A program made the translations under genes and the position numbers. The notes under the pieces are model-generated. The model did not search any database, had not been told where the DNA came from, and saw nothing but the letters and a program-made list of their open reading frames with translations. From NCBI GenBank assembly GCA_965215605.1, contig OZ244070.1, positions 96,001-160,000 of the forward strand: a stretch of 64,000 nucleotides of DNA, written 5' to 3'. The stretch is from an uncultured Candidatus Binatia bacterium (lineage in GTDB: Bacteria; Desulfobacterota; Binatia; UBA9968; JAJDTQ01). How positions within the stretch are numbered: position 1 is the stretch's first letter; every line of letters begins with the position of its first letter. Positions 50,716 to 60,181 of the stretch are shown piece after piece.

Positions 50716-51825
50716 ATGAGCATTGCAACAGTCGCAATCCTGGGAGCCGGCAACGGCGGGTGCGCCACCGCGGCGGATCTCGCGCTCCGTGGTTTCGAGA
50801 CGCGGCTCTACTCCCGTTCGGAGAAGACCCTGGAACCGTTGCTGCGGCGCCGCGGCATCGAGCTGGTGGAGGACGGGCGGGAGTCCGTCGGACAGCCCCA
50901 CCTCATCACGTCGGCGCTGGAAGACGCCGTGGCCGGAGCCGATCTCGTCACCATCGCCGCCCCCGCGGTGGCCCACGAGTTCATGGCCCGCGCCCTGGCG
51001 CCGCTTCTGACCGACGAACAGATCGTGCACCTGAACCCCGGACAGACCGGCGGCAGCCTGCATTTCGTGCACGAGCTGCGGCGGGCCGGTTGCGGCATCC
51101 CGGTGCGCTGCTGCGAGACCGTGACCCTGACCTGCATCTGCCGCATGGCCGGCCCCGCGCGGGTGGAGATCTACCGGCGCACCGCCAACCTCGGATGCGC
51201 GGCCTTCCCCGCCGCGGCCGGTCCGGACACTCTGCCCGAGATCGCAACCGTGTTCCCCAACACCGTGCCCGCCGAGAACGTGCTGGAGACGGGCCTGTCC
51301 AACATCAACGCCATCATGCACCCCGCCGGCATGGTGGGAAACGCCGGCTGGATCGAGCAGCACGGCGGCGACCTCCTGTTCTACCGGCAGGCCCTCTCAC
51401 CCTCGGTGGCGCGTCTCATCGAGGGAGTGGACCGGGAGCGGCTGGCCATCGTGAGTGCGCTGGGGCTCTGTCCGCGCACCTTCGTGGAGATCTTTCACGC
51501 CGCCGGCCTCACCTCGGACGGGGCGCTCGAGAGCGGTTCCGTCTACCAGGCCACCCAGGAGAGCGAACCCAACAAGACCATCGCCGCGCCCACCACCCAC
51601 GACCACCGCTACGTCCACGAAGACGTGGGCTACGGCCTCGTGCCCATGGCCGAGCTCGCCGCCCTGCTGGGCATCGGCACTCCCGTCATCGACGCCCTCA
51701 TCACCCTGGCCTCGGAGATGAACCGCACCGACTACCGCCGCGACGGCCTCACCCTGGCCCGGATGGGATTGGAGAGTGCAGGCCCAGCCACCCTCCATGG
51801 CATCCTTGAGGCCGGCTTTCCATAG
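50716..51825 (+). CDS. NAD(P)-dependent opine (octopine/nopaline) dehydrogenase family protein
   Basis: GAGNGG, NPGQTGG, NINAIMHP, HRYVHEDVGYGLVP. Confidence 0.9.
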   Translation: MSIATVAILGAGNGGCATAADLALRGFETRLYSRSEKTLEPLLRRRGIELVEDGRESVGQPHLITSALEDAVAGADLVTIAAPAVAHEFMARALAPLLTDEQIVHLNPGQTGGSLHFVHELRRAGCGIPVRCCETVTLTCICRMAGPARVEIYRRTANLGCAAFPAAAGPDTLPEIATVFPNTVPAENVLETGLSNINAIMHPAGMVGNAGWIEQHGGDLLFYRQALSPSVARLIEGVDRERLAIVSALGLCPRTFVEIFHAAGLTSDGALESGSVYQATQESEPNKTIAAPTTHDHRYVHEDVGYGLVPMAELAALLGIGTPVIDALITLASEMNRTDYRRDGLTLARMGLESAGPATLHGILEAGFP

Positions 51826-51866
51826 GCTGGCTATCCGCACTGTCTGCGGCGCAAGCAGTTGGCTGG

Positions 51867-52103
51867 TCAATCCTCTTCACTCCTCGTCAAGACCGCCACG
51901 CGCCGGAACTCCGCGATCACGGCTCGAAGGGAATCGCGGTAATGCGCATGTTTGGGCCGCTCGGCGACGGCCTCATATTCGGCGAGAATCAGGTTGGAAA
52001 GGATAATGTCGTGCCACCGGACTACGTTGTCGATGACCTTCCTGCAGACGCCGTCAACACGAGATGCGGATACCAGGACGTTGCAGTCGACGACAACGTT
52101 CAT
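51867..52103 (-). pseudogene. Truncated PIN-domain toxin (78 aa)
   Basis: MNVVVDCNVLVS..ILAEY N-terminal PIN pattern; usual C-terminal acidic catalytic segment absent. Confidence 0.7.
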
Positions 52104-52393
52104 GCCTTGCGGTTTCGACGCTCTCGGCGAGAGTCGGCGATGTCGGCGGTGGTATCCGCCATGATCTCGTCTTCGGTGCGTCCGACGTCTTCGGACGACT
52201 GCGCCGCGGCCGAGAAACGGGCGGCAATACGATCCGCGGCCTTGTGCCGGTCCACCACATCCATGGGACGAAACAGGATGCCGTCTCCCACCACGGTGGC
52301 CTCCATGATGTCGCCCTCACGGAGGTTGATTCCCCTGCGCAGTTTCACAGGTATTGTGACCTGGAACCTCGGTTTGACAGTGACCAGCGGCAT
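52100..52393 (-). CDS. AbrB/MazE/SpoVT family antitoxin
   Basis: FQVTIPVKLRRGINLREGD; SD GAGAGG; ATGA overlap with PIN gene. Confidence 0.88.
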   Translation of the reverse strand: MPLVTVKPRFQVTIPVKLRRGINLREGDIMEATVVGDGILFRPMDVVDRHKAADRIAARFSAAAQSSEDVGRTEDEIMADTTADIADSRRERRNRKA

Positions 52394-52526
52394 GGTATAC
52401 CTCTCAGAAACTCGGGTTTTCGTATTTTCTAACAATCGAAGTGAGAACGGTCAAGTCAAAGCGGACACTAGCCCGGCCGTCGGCGTCGTCTTTTATTCCC
52501 TTCCCCTTTGTTCTAATCTGACCGCC

Positions 52527-53501
52527 ATGCACGCTGGCTTGTGTTTCGACGGCTTCTACTCGATCCAGGAGATGATCGAGCTGGCGCAACTGGCCGACGA
52601 CATCGGCATGGACTCCATCTGGATGTCCGACCACATCTGTTTCCGGGACTCCATCGCCTCGGCCATGGCGTTCCTCGCCAGGACTCCACGCATCAAGGTC
52701 AACCCGGCGCCCCTGAGCCCCTATTCGCGCCACCCCATGGTCACCGCCATGGCGCTGGTCACCATGGAGGAGTTCGCCCCCGGACGGGTAGCCGCCACCG
52801 CGGGCACCGCCAACCCCACCGCGCTCCGGGAGATCGGCATCGAGGCCCACCGGATGCTCAGGACCATGCGCGAGTACATGACGCTGCTGCGCCGGCTGCT
52901 GGCGGGCGAGACCGTTGAGTTCCAGGGCGAGGTCTTCACCATGCGTGGGGCCAGCATGGGGCTCACGCCCGGAACCGAGGTCCCCATCTACATGACCGCG
53001 GTTCGGCCGGGGATGCTGCGACTGGCCGGCGAGACCGCGGACGGCGTGCTGCTGTCCGCGGGCTGCACGCCCGCCTACATCCGGCGCTGCGTCGAGGAGG
53101 TGGAGAAGGGTGCGGCCCGGGCCGGAAAGCCGGCCAAGGGAGACGTGGCCGGCTTCATCGCGGCCTCGGTATCCGACGACCCGCGCGAGGCCATGGAGGC
53201 CACCAAGACCTTCCTGGCCTATATCTTCCGCAACAAGCACCACGCCGAAAACCTGCGGCTCGGCGGCGGCGCGGTGGACCAGGACCGGCTCGCCGACGCC
53301 ATCGCCCGGCGGGCGTGGGACGAGGCCAAGGGCCTCATCAGCGACGAAGTGGTCCACGCCCACTCGGTCACCGGCACTCCCGAGGAATGCCGGCGGCGCC
53401 TGGACGAGTTCGTCCGGGGCGGCCTGGACCTCCCCCTGCTCATGCCCTTGGGTACTCAGGAACAGCGCAGGCGTGTGGTGGAAATCGCCCGGGAGACGTA
53501 G
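52527..53501 (+). CDS. LLM-class (Mer-like) flavin-dependent oxidoreductase
   Basis: MDSIWMSDH, SPYSRHP, PIYMTA, LAGETADGV. Confidence 0.88.
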   Translation: MHAGLCFDGFYSIQEMIELAQLADDIGMDSIWMSDHICFRDSIASAMAFLARTPRIKVNPAPLSPYSRHPMVTAMALVTMEEFAPGRVAATAGTANPTALREIGIEAHRMLRTMREYMTLLRRLLAGETVEFQGEVFTMRGASMGLTPGTEVPIYMTAVRPGMLRLAGETADGVLLSAGCTPAYIRRCVEEVEKGAARAGKPAKGDVAGFIAASVSDDPREAMEATKTFLAYIFRNKHHAENLRLGGGAVDQDRLADAIARRAWDEAKGLISDEVVHAHSVTGTPEECRRRLDEFVRGGLDLPLLMPLGTQEQRRRVVEIARET

Positions 53502-53567
53502 TGGTACGCCGGCAGGGGTGCAGGAGATCCGTGGGAATTCCGGAACGTGTAGAGAAACGGAGAGCTT

Positions 53568-54869
53568 ATGACCCAGAGCCTCACGGAACGCTTGAAGGAA
53601 ATCGCTGAACGGTCCGAGCGCAGGCTCCCCGCCCTGACCGACATCCGGCGCGGCATCCACCGGCATCCGGAGGCCGGCTGGACCGAGTTCCGGACCACCG
53701 GCATGGTGGTGAACCGGCTGCGGGAGCTGGGCTACCGGGTGCAGACGGGATCGGACTGCGTACATCCGGACGCGGTGCGCGGGTGGCCCGAGGACGCGGT
53801 GGTGAGGGAGAGCCGGGCCCAGGCCGGCGATCTCGCCAGGGACATCGAGGTCCCCGGGGCGGTGGGCATCCTCGAGCGCGGCGACGGCCCCACCGTGGCG
53901 CTTCGCTTCGACATGGATGCCACCGAGGTTTCCGAGTCCGACGATCCCGCGCACCCGCCGGTAGCCAAAGGGTTCGCTTCCAACAAACCCGCGGTCATGC
54001 ACGCCTGCGGCCACGACGCCCACGTCACCATCGGCCTGGGCGCAGCCGAGTTGCTGGCCGAGGACCCGGACTGGCGCGGCCGCGTGAAGCTGCTGTTCCA
54101 GCCGGCTGAGGAAGGCGGCCGTGGCGCCCATCCCATGGTGGAGGCCGGAGTGGTGGACGACGCCGACTATTTCGCCTGCCTCCACATGGGCGGGCCCACG
54201 CTGCCGCTGGGGGAAGTGGCCCTGGAGGCCACCCACTTCCTGTCGTCGGTCAAGATGGAGGCGCGCTTCCGCGGCGTGGCTTCCCACGCCGGGGGCGCGC
54301 CGGAGCGGGGACGCAACGCGCTGCTGGCAGCCTGCCAGGCCACCCTGGCGCTGCACGCCCTGCCCCGCAACGGCCAGGGCGCCACTTTCGTCAACGTCGG
54401 CGTGCTGAACGCCGGCACCGGCACCAACGTGGTGCCCTCCGACGCGCTCATGAAGTACGAGGTGCGCGGCGGCACCGACGAGATCTGCGAGCTCATGGAG
54501 GAAGGCGCCCGGCGCTGCCTGTCGGGCGCGGCCACTCTCCAGGGGGTGGAGGTCGACACCGAGATCACCGGCCGCACCATCGGCGCCAAGTCGGACAACG
54601 AGATGAAGGACCACCTGGCCTGGGTGGCCGGGTCATCGCCGGTGGACTTCCGCGTCCACGACGCCCGGCCCCTGGGCGGCGGCGAGGACGCCACCTACTT
54701 CATGCGCCGGGTGCAGGAACGCGGCGGCAAGTCCCTCTACTTCCTGCTGGGGGGCAGCACCCCCACGGGACATCACACGTCCACCTTCGACGTGGACGAG
54801 AAGGCCCTGGCCCACGGCGCCATGCTCATGGCCGGCATGGTGCTGCGGCTTACCGGCAAACATGCCTGA
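53568..54869 (+). CDS. M20D amidohydrolase, AbgA-like
   Basis: HRHPEAGWTEFRT, RFDMDA, MHACGHDAH, FQPAEEG, GEDA, HH. Confidence 0.88.
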   Translation: MTQSLTERLKEIAERSERRLPALTDIRRGIHRHPEAGWTEFRTTGMVVNRLRELGYRVQTGSDCVHPDAVRGWPEDAVVRESRAQAGDLARDIEVPGAVGILERGDGPTVALRFDMDATEVSESDDPAHPPVAKGFASNKPAVMHACGHDAHVTIGLGAAELLAEDPDWRGRVKLLFQPAEEGGRGAHPMVEAGVVDDADYFACLHMGGPTLPLGEVALEATHFLSSVKMEARFRGVASHAGGAPERGRNALLAACQATLALHALPRNGQGATFVNVGVLNAGTGTNVVPSDALMKYEVRGGTDEICELMEEGARRCLSGAATLQGVEVDTEITGRTIGAKSDNEMKDHLAWVAGSSPVDFRVHDARPLGGGEDATYFMRRVQERGGKSLYFLLGGSTPTGHHTSTFDVDEKALAHGAMLMAGMVLRLTGKHA

Positions 54870-56085
54870 GATCAAAGTGGACGCCGCGGCCCTGGTGGAC
54901 CTCGCCGGCGAGCTCATCAAGATTCCGAGCTTCTGTCCCGACGAAACTCCGGTGGCCCTGTTCTTGCGCGATTACCTCTCGGACCGCGGCTACCGTGTGG
55001 AGTTGCAGGAGGTGGAGCCCGGCCGCTTTCAGACCATCGCGACCCTCGAGGGCTCGGGCGGCGGCCCGAGCCTGATGTTCAACGGCCACATCGACATCAA
55101 CTCCCTCACCCGGGGCGGCAAGCGGGACCCCTGGACGCCGTCGGTGGAGGGCGACCGGCTCTACGGCCACGGCGTCCAGAACATGAAAGGCGGCGTCGCA
55201 TCCATGATCACGGCCGCCGAGGCCGTCCGCCGCGCCGGCGTGAAGCTGCGCGGCGACCTGGTGCTGGCCTGCGTGGTGGGCGAGACCCAGGGGGGCGAGG
55301 GCACCCACTTCCTCATGGAAAGCGGCCTCCGCACCGACGCGGCGGTGCTGACGGAGCCCTTCGGCATCGGCAACCTCGTCACCGTGCACGGCGGCATTGT
55401 CCACTTCGCCGTCCATACCTACGGGGTCACCGGACACGTGAGCAGGATCGAGGATACGGTGAACGCGGTGGGGCAGATGACCCGGGTCATCGAGGCGCTG
55501 CGCAACGTGGAGTTCACCTACACGCCAAGGGCCGACCTCCCTGCCCTCCCCCGCCTGAACGTCGGCAGCATCATCGGCGGCCGCGGCGAGGGTTACGTGC
55601 TGACGGAGCCGCCCTACGTGCCGGATCTGTGCACCGTAATCGTGGATGTGCACTTCGTGCCGGGCCAGAGCGCGGACTCGGTCATCGCCGACGTAAGGCG
55701 AGCCCTCGACTCCCTGAAGGACGGCGACCCGGGTGTCGACTACGCCATCGAGATCCCACCGCCCGCCTTCTTCAAGGGCTGCCGGCGGCTGGTGATGGAC
55801 CCGCTGGACGTGCCCGCGGATGCCGCCATCGTCCGGGCCGTGGCCCGGAACCACGAGAAGGTCACCGGCTCTCCGCCCAACCTCATCGGCGCCCACCTGC
55901 CCATGTCCTACTCCGCCGGAGACAGTTGCTGGCTGTGGAAGCACGGCATCCCCTGCCTCCACTACGGCCCCGGCGGCGGCTTCCTGGATCCGGGGCCGGA
56001 CGGCAGCTACATCTTCATCAGCGAGATGGCGACGTGCGCCGAGGTGCTGGCGCACACGGCCATGGACGTGTGCGGCACGGTATGA
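54862..56085 (+). CDS. M20A ArgE/DapE-like hydrolase with degenerate second metal site
   Basis: FNGHID, GVQNMKGG, VVGETQGG, LTEP, YGPG. Confidence 0.85.
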   Translation: MPEIKVDAAALVDLAGELIKIPSFCPDETPVALFLRDYLSDRGYRVELQEVEPGRFQTIATLEGSGGGPSLMFNGHIDINSLTRGGKRDPWTPSVEGDRLYGHGVQNMKGGVASMITAAEAVRRAGVKLRGDLVLACVVGETQGGEGTHFLMESGLRTDAAVLTEPFGIGNLVTVHGGIVHFAVHTYGVTGHVSRIEDTVNAVGQMTRVIEALRNVEFTYTPRADLPALPRLNVGSIIGGRGEGYVLTEPPYVPDLCTVIVDVHFVPGQSADSVIADVRRALDSLKDGDPGVDYAIEIPPPAFFKGCRRLVMDPLDVPADAAIVRAVARNHEKVTGSPPNLIGAHLPMSYSAGDSCWLWKHGIPCLHYGPGGGFLDPGPDGSYIFISEMATCAEVLAHTAMDVCGTV

Positions 56086-56133
56086 AGAACCATCGCTTCC
56101 GTACCACTGCCGAAAGTAGGTATTAGCAACACC

Positions 56134-57051
56134 ATGAGCATCTCCGACAGCAACTACGAAGTCACCGGGGCGGTGGACCTGCACGTACACTGCGGGCCGG
56201 AGGGTATTCCGCGGCGTTTCGACGCGGTGTCGCTGGCGCGGCACGTGGAGCAATCCGGGCTCGGCGGCGCCGTGCTCAAGTCCCACATGGCGGCTACCGG
56301 GAGCTGGGCGCAGATGGCCCACGAACTCACCGGCGTCCGGCTCCACGGCTCCGTGGTGCTCAACCACTACGTTGGCGGCATCAATCCCGCGGCGGTGCGG
56401 GGCGCGCTGGGACCGTCGGCGGGCGGCGAGCCCTATCTCAAGGTGGTGTGGCTGCCCACGGTCCACGCAGCGGCCCATCTCACGGCCCGGCACCACGAAG
56501 GCGAGCAATACGACATCCCGCCCGAGTGGTGCGGCGGCACCGTCTCGGCCCTGGCCCGGCCCCTCGACGAGGTCGACCCCATCAACGTGCTCGCCGCCCA
56601 CCTGCGGCCGCCCCTCGACGAGATCCTGCGGATCGCGGCCGACCATGACCTGGTGCTGGCCACCGGACACGCGGGACGGGACGAAGTGTTCTACGTGATG
56701 GAAAGGGCCAACGCCCTCGCGGTGCGGAAGGTCATCGTCACGCACCCGTGCTACGATCCGCCGGCCATCGACGTGGCGGAGCTTACCGAACTGGCCGCTG
56801 CCGGGGCCTACATCGAGTTGAGCTTCATCCTGGTGGACATGGGCCTGGTGTCGTTCGAGGACACCGCGGCGATCTTGAAGCGGGTGGGGCCGGGCCGGAC
56901 GATCCTGTCAACCGATGTCGGGCAGGTGGACCGGGTGGCTCCCGCCGAAGGACTGGCGGAACTCGGGGCGGGTCTGCTCGCGGAGGGAGTTCCGCGCGAA
57001 GACATCGACATTGCGATGAAGCGCAACCCCCGGTTCCTCGTAGGCCGGTGA
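56134..57051 (+). CDS. DUF6282-like amidohydrolase-fold metalloprotein
   Basis: DLHVHCGP, VLKSH, GGINP, VWLPT, LATGH, THP, STDVGQ. Confidence 0.75.
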   Translation: MSISDSNYEVTGAVDLHVHCGPEGIPRRFDAVSLARHVEQSGLGGAVLKSHMAATGSWAQMAHELTGVRLHGSVVLNHYVGGINPAAVRGALGPSAGGEPYLKVVWLPTVHAAAHLTARHHEGEQYDIPPEWCGGTVSALARPLDEVDPINVLAAHLRPPLDEILRIAADHDLVLATGHAGRDEVFYVMERANALAVRKVIVTHPCYDPPAIDVAELTELAAAGAYIELSFILVDMGLVSFEDTAAILKRVGPGRTILSTDVGQVDRVAPAEGLAELGAGLLAEGVPREDIDIAMKRNPRFLVGR

Positions 57052-57135
57052 ACCCCTCTTCCGAAGGCCTCGACCCGTTGATTCGCAATGACGAAACCGG
57101 TTCCCGGAGATGCTCCCGGGAAGGCCGGAGCGCAC

Positions 57136-58308
57136 CTACCAGGCCATCTCCAGGCACTCCAGCACCTGCGACGCCGAGTGGATCTTCTTGGGGTTGTTGT
57201 GGGTACTGATGTCGTCCAGCGCCGCCTCGGCCAGGGACGGCAGCGCGTCGTGAGGGATGTCCAGGTCCCGCAGCCGTAGCGGCAATCCCATCTTGACGTT
57301 CATGCCGTAGACCACCTCGGGGGCCTCGGCCGCGGCCTTGACGTCGTCGGGCTCGCGGACTCCCATGACCCGGGCCATGCGGGCCATGGCCTCGGTGGTG
57401 CCGTCCAGGTTCCAGCGCATGGCGTAGGGCAGCATGAGGGCGTGGATGTTGGCGTGGGGCACGGTGAACCGGCCGCCGATGACGTGCACGATGCCGTGGT
57501 GAATGCCGGTCCAGGCGCTGTAGACGCCCATGCTGGAGAGGGTGGCGGCCACCTGCATCTCGCCGATGGCCTCAAGGTCGTTCATGTCCGCCACCAGCCG
57601 CGGCAGGTAGGTGGTGATGGGGCCGATGGCAGCCATGCAATAGGCCTGGCTCAGAATCTGGGTCTGGGTCGAGTAGACCGCCTCCACGCAGTGGGCCAAC
57701 GCGTTCATGCCCGACGCCGCCAGGAGCCTGGCCGGGGCGGTCTGCGCCGCTTCCGGATCCAGCATGACCGTCCGGGGAGACATCTTGGGATCGGCCAGGA
57801 TCAGCTTGTGGCCCCCTTCCGCCAAGCCCGCGGAGTAGCTGTACTCGCCGCCGGAGAACGTGGTCGGGATGGCGATGTGCGGCAGCTTGGGCGCCGGCAT
57901 GGGCGGCACTTCCTTCTTGTCCGGCGGAATGAAGTGGGTGGCCAGATCCTTGAGCGGGCGGCCCTCGGCCAGGAGCGCGGCCATGCCCTTGGCGGTGTCG
58001 ATGGAGCTACCGCCGCCCACGCTCACGAACGCGTCCGCGCCGGCATCGGCGGCCTGCCTCGCCGCCACGCCGATGGAATCCGTCGGCGAATGCGGCTTTA
58101 CGGTATCGAAGACTCCCACGCAGAGACCGCCCAGGGCCGACCGCACCGCATCCAGGAGGTACGTCCTGGCGATGGACGGCGAGGTCACGACAAATACGCG
58201 GCTCGCCTCCAGGCGCCCGACCTCGTCCGCCAACTGCTTCACCACCCCGCGGCCGAAAACTATGCGCTCCACCCGTGGATTGCTGTACTCGAACGCTGAA
58301 ACCGCCAT
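57136..58308 (-). CDS. Iron-containing alcohol dehydrogenase (maleylacetate reductase-like)
   Basis: VGGGSSIDTAK, IPTT, NALAHCVEA, HHGIVH, PHA. Confidence 0.9.
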   Translation of the reverse strand: MAVSAFEYSNPRVERIVFGRGVVKQLADEVGRLEASRVFVVTSPSIARTYLLDAVRSALGGLCVGVFDTVKPHSPTDSIGVAARQAADAGADAFVSVGGGSSIDTAKGMAALLAEGRPLKDLATHFIPPDKKEVPPMPAPKLPHIAIPTTFSGGEYSYSAGLAEGGHKLILADPKMSPRTVMLDPEAAQTAPARLLAASGMNALAHCVEAVYSTQTQILSQAYCMAAIGPITTYLPRLVADMNDLEAIGEMQVAATLSSMGVYSAWTGIHHGIVHVIGGRFTVPHANIHALMLPYAMRWNLDGTTEAMARMARVMGVREPDDVKAAAEAPEVVYGMNVKMGLPLRLRDLDIPHDALPSLAEAALDDISTHNNPKKIHSASQVLECLEMAW

Positions 58309-58968
58309 CCGTCACCTCCTCGATGATGCGTGGGGTGTGAGAACCACACGCCGAAGGGCGTGTCAATCGCACTTCCTGACCGCTCAAACCATCGGGCGAT
58401 GAAAGCCGTTGTGCCACCGGTAGTTAGCCCGAGCGGCGCATGAGCGGCGGCGCCCGCCGCGCACTTGCGGAGACAGTTCTCGAACCGCCGCGCGGCTTCC
58501 AGGCGTGCACTATAGGAAGCACGAGGTAACAAATCAATCGGCGAGGACACGCGTATGGGCCGGCACACTACAGGCCTGCACTGTCGGCGACGGTGCGTGC
58601 GGCCAGCGCTGGATTCAGGCTCTGCAAGACGCTGCATCGGAAGGTCCAGGCGGCGCGGCTGCTGTGCGTCAAGCAACGGACCGCCGCCGTGGTCAGCTAC
58701 CGGGAGGTAAACAAGAGCGCGTCGATGCAGAAGCTCGGGGCGCACCAGCGCTCCGTTATTTCCAACGTCAGTCGGTCTGGTGCCTATATGCAATCCGAGC
58801 GGCATGTGTCCGACGGCACAATCCCGGCCGGGACGGGATGCTTCGATGCAACTGCCTTCAGCGAGACTCCTTGATCCACGGCCTCGGGCCATTGCATATT
58901 CTTCCAACACACATTGCCCGTCGATGCGGTCGGGAACCGGATTCATCTGGAACCAGAGGAGAGACGCG

Positions 58969-59999
58969 ATGATTCGACGATTGATGATGCCGCTTGTGCG
59001 GGCGGTAAAGACCTTGCTCACAGCAGGCGCGGACGTGAACGCCAAGGACAAAGATGGGAGTACTCCCCTTCACGAGGCGGCAGCCGAGGGCGAAGCGGGA
59101 GCGGTGAAGGCCTTGCTCACTGCTGGCGCGGACGTGAATGCCAAATACAAAGATGGGTGGACTCCCCTTCACTGGGCGGCACTCAAGGGCCAAGCGGGAG
59201 CAGTAGAGGCCTTGCTCGCTGCCGGCGCGGACGTGAATGCCAAATACAAAGATGGGTGGACTCCCCTTCACGGGGCGGCACTCAAGGGCCAAGCGGGAGC
59301 GGTGAAGGCCTTGCTCACTGCTGGCGCGGACGTGAATGCCAAATACAAAGATGGGTGGACTCCCCTTCACTGGGCGGCAGCCAAGGGCGAAGCGGGAGCG
59401 GTGAAGGCCTTGCTCACTGCTGGCACGGACCTGAACGCCAAAGACAAAAATGGACGGACTCCCCTTCACGCGGCGGCACTCAAGGGCCAAGCGGGAGCAG
59501 TAGAGGCCTTGCTCGCTGCTGGCGCGGACGTGAATGCCAAATACAAAAATGGATGGACTCCCCTTCACTGGGCGGCAGCCAAGGGCGAAGCAGGAGCGGT
59601 GAAGGCCTTGCTCACTGCTGGCACGGACCTGAACGCCAAAGACAAAATTGGATGGACTCCCCTTCACGCGGCGGCACTCAAGGGCCAAGCGGGAGCAGTA
59701 GAGGCCTTGCTCGCTGCCGGCGCGGACCTGAACGCCAAAAGCAAAAATGGGTTGACTCCCCTTCACGCGGCGGCACTCGAGGGCCAAGCGGGAGCAGTAG
59801 AGGCCTTGCTCGCTGCTGGTGCGGACCTGAACGCCAAAGACGAAAATGGGGCGACTCCCCTTCACGCGGCGGCACTCGAGGGCCAAGCGGGAACGGTGCA
59901 GGGCAACCTCGGACGTAGCATCGTGATCGACACGACAACGCCGGAGGCTTCCGAGTATCTGGAATTCCTGCGCAACCTGGATGACTCCGTGATCCAAGT
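58969..59999 (+). pseudogene. Ankyrin-repeat gene, 5' part, interrupted by IS21 (reads through into IS to 60153)
   Basis: SD AGGAGAG, MIRRLMMPLVR, nine 33-aa ankyrin repeats, then non-ankyrin segment cut at 59999. Confidence 0.85.
59002..59892 (+). repeat. Nine tandem near-identical 99-bp ankyrin-coding repeats
   Basis: Units start at 59002, 59101, 59200, 59299, 59398, 59497, 59596, 59695, 59794; ACTCCCCTTCAC invariant. Confidence 0.97.
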
Positions 60000-60181
60000 T
60001 GTCAATGGCAACCGAAAACTGCACACATTTGGCAATCGAAAACTGCACACTTTCGAGAAGAGCGTCCGTGCAGAAGTGACGCTCTGCGGTTGGTTCGGTT
60101 CATGGGTCATGGTCTGGACGGAGGGAGCGGAGCGAGCGGAGTCCAGGCCATGACGGGTTGCAGATCGGCAGGACATGGCGC

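Noticed and set aside
51942-52526. N-terminal extension of the LLM oxidoreductase ORF
   Set aside because: It is the antisense of the AbrB/PIN pair; family homology starts at MHAGLCFD (52527)
58400-58960. ORFs 58505-58972 and 58593-58874
   Set aside because: No recognisable motifs or SD, atypical codon usage; probably non-coding or decayed
59002-59892. CRISPR array
   Set aside because: 99-bp in-frame coding repeats with no unique spacers and no cas genes
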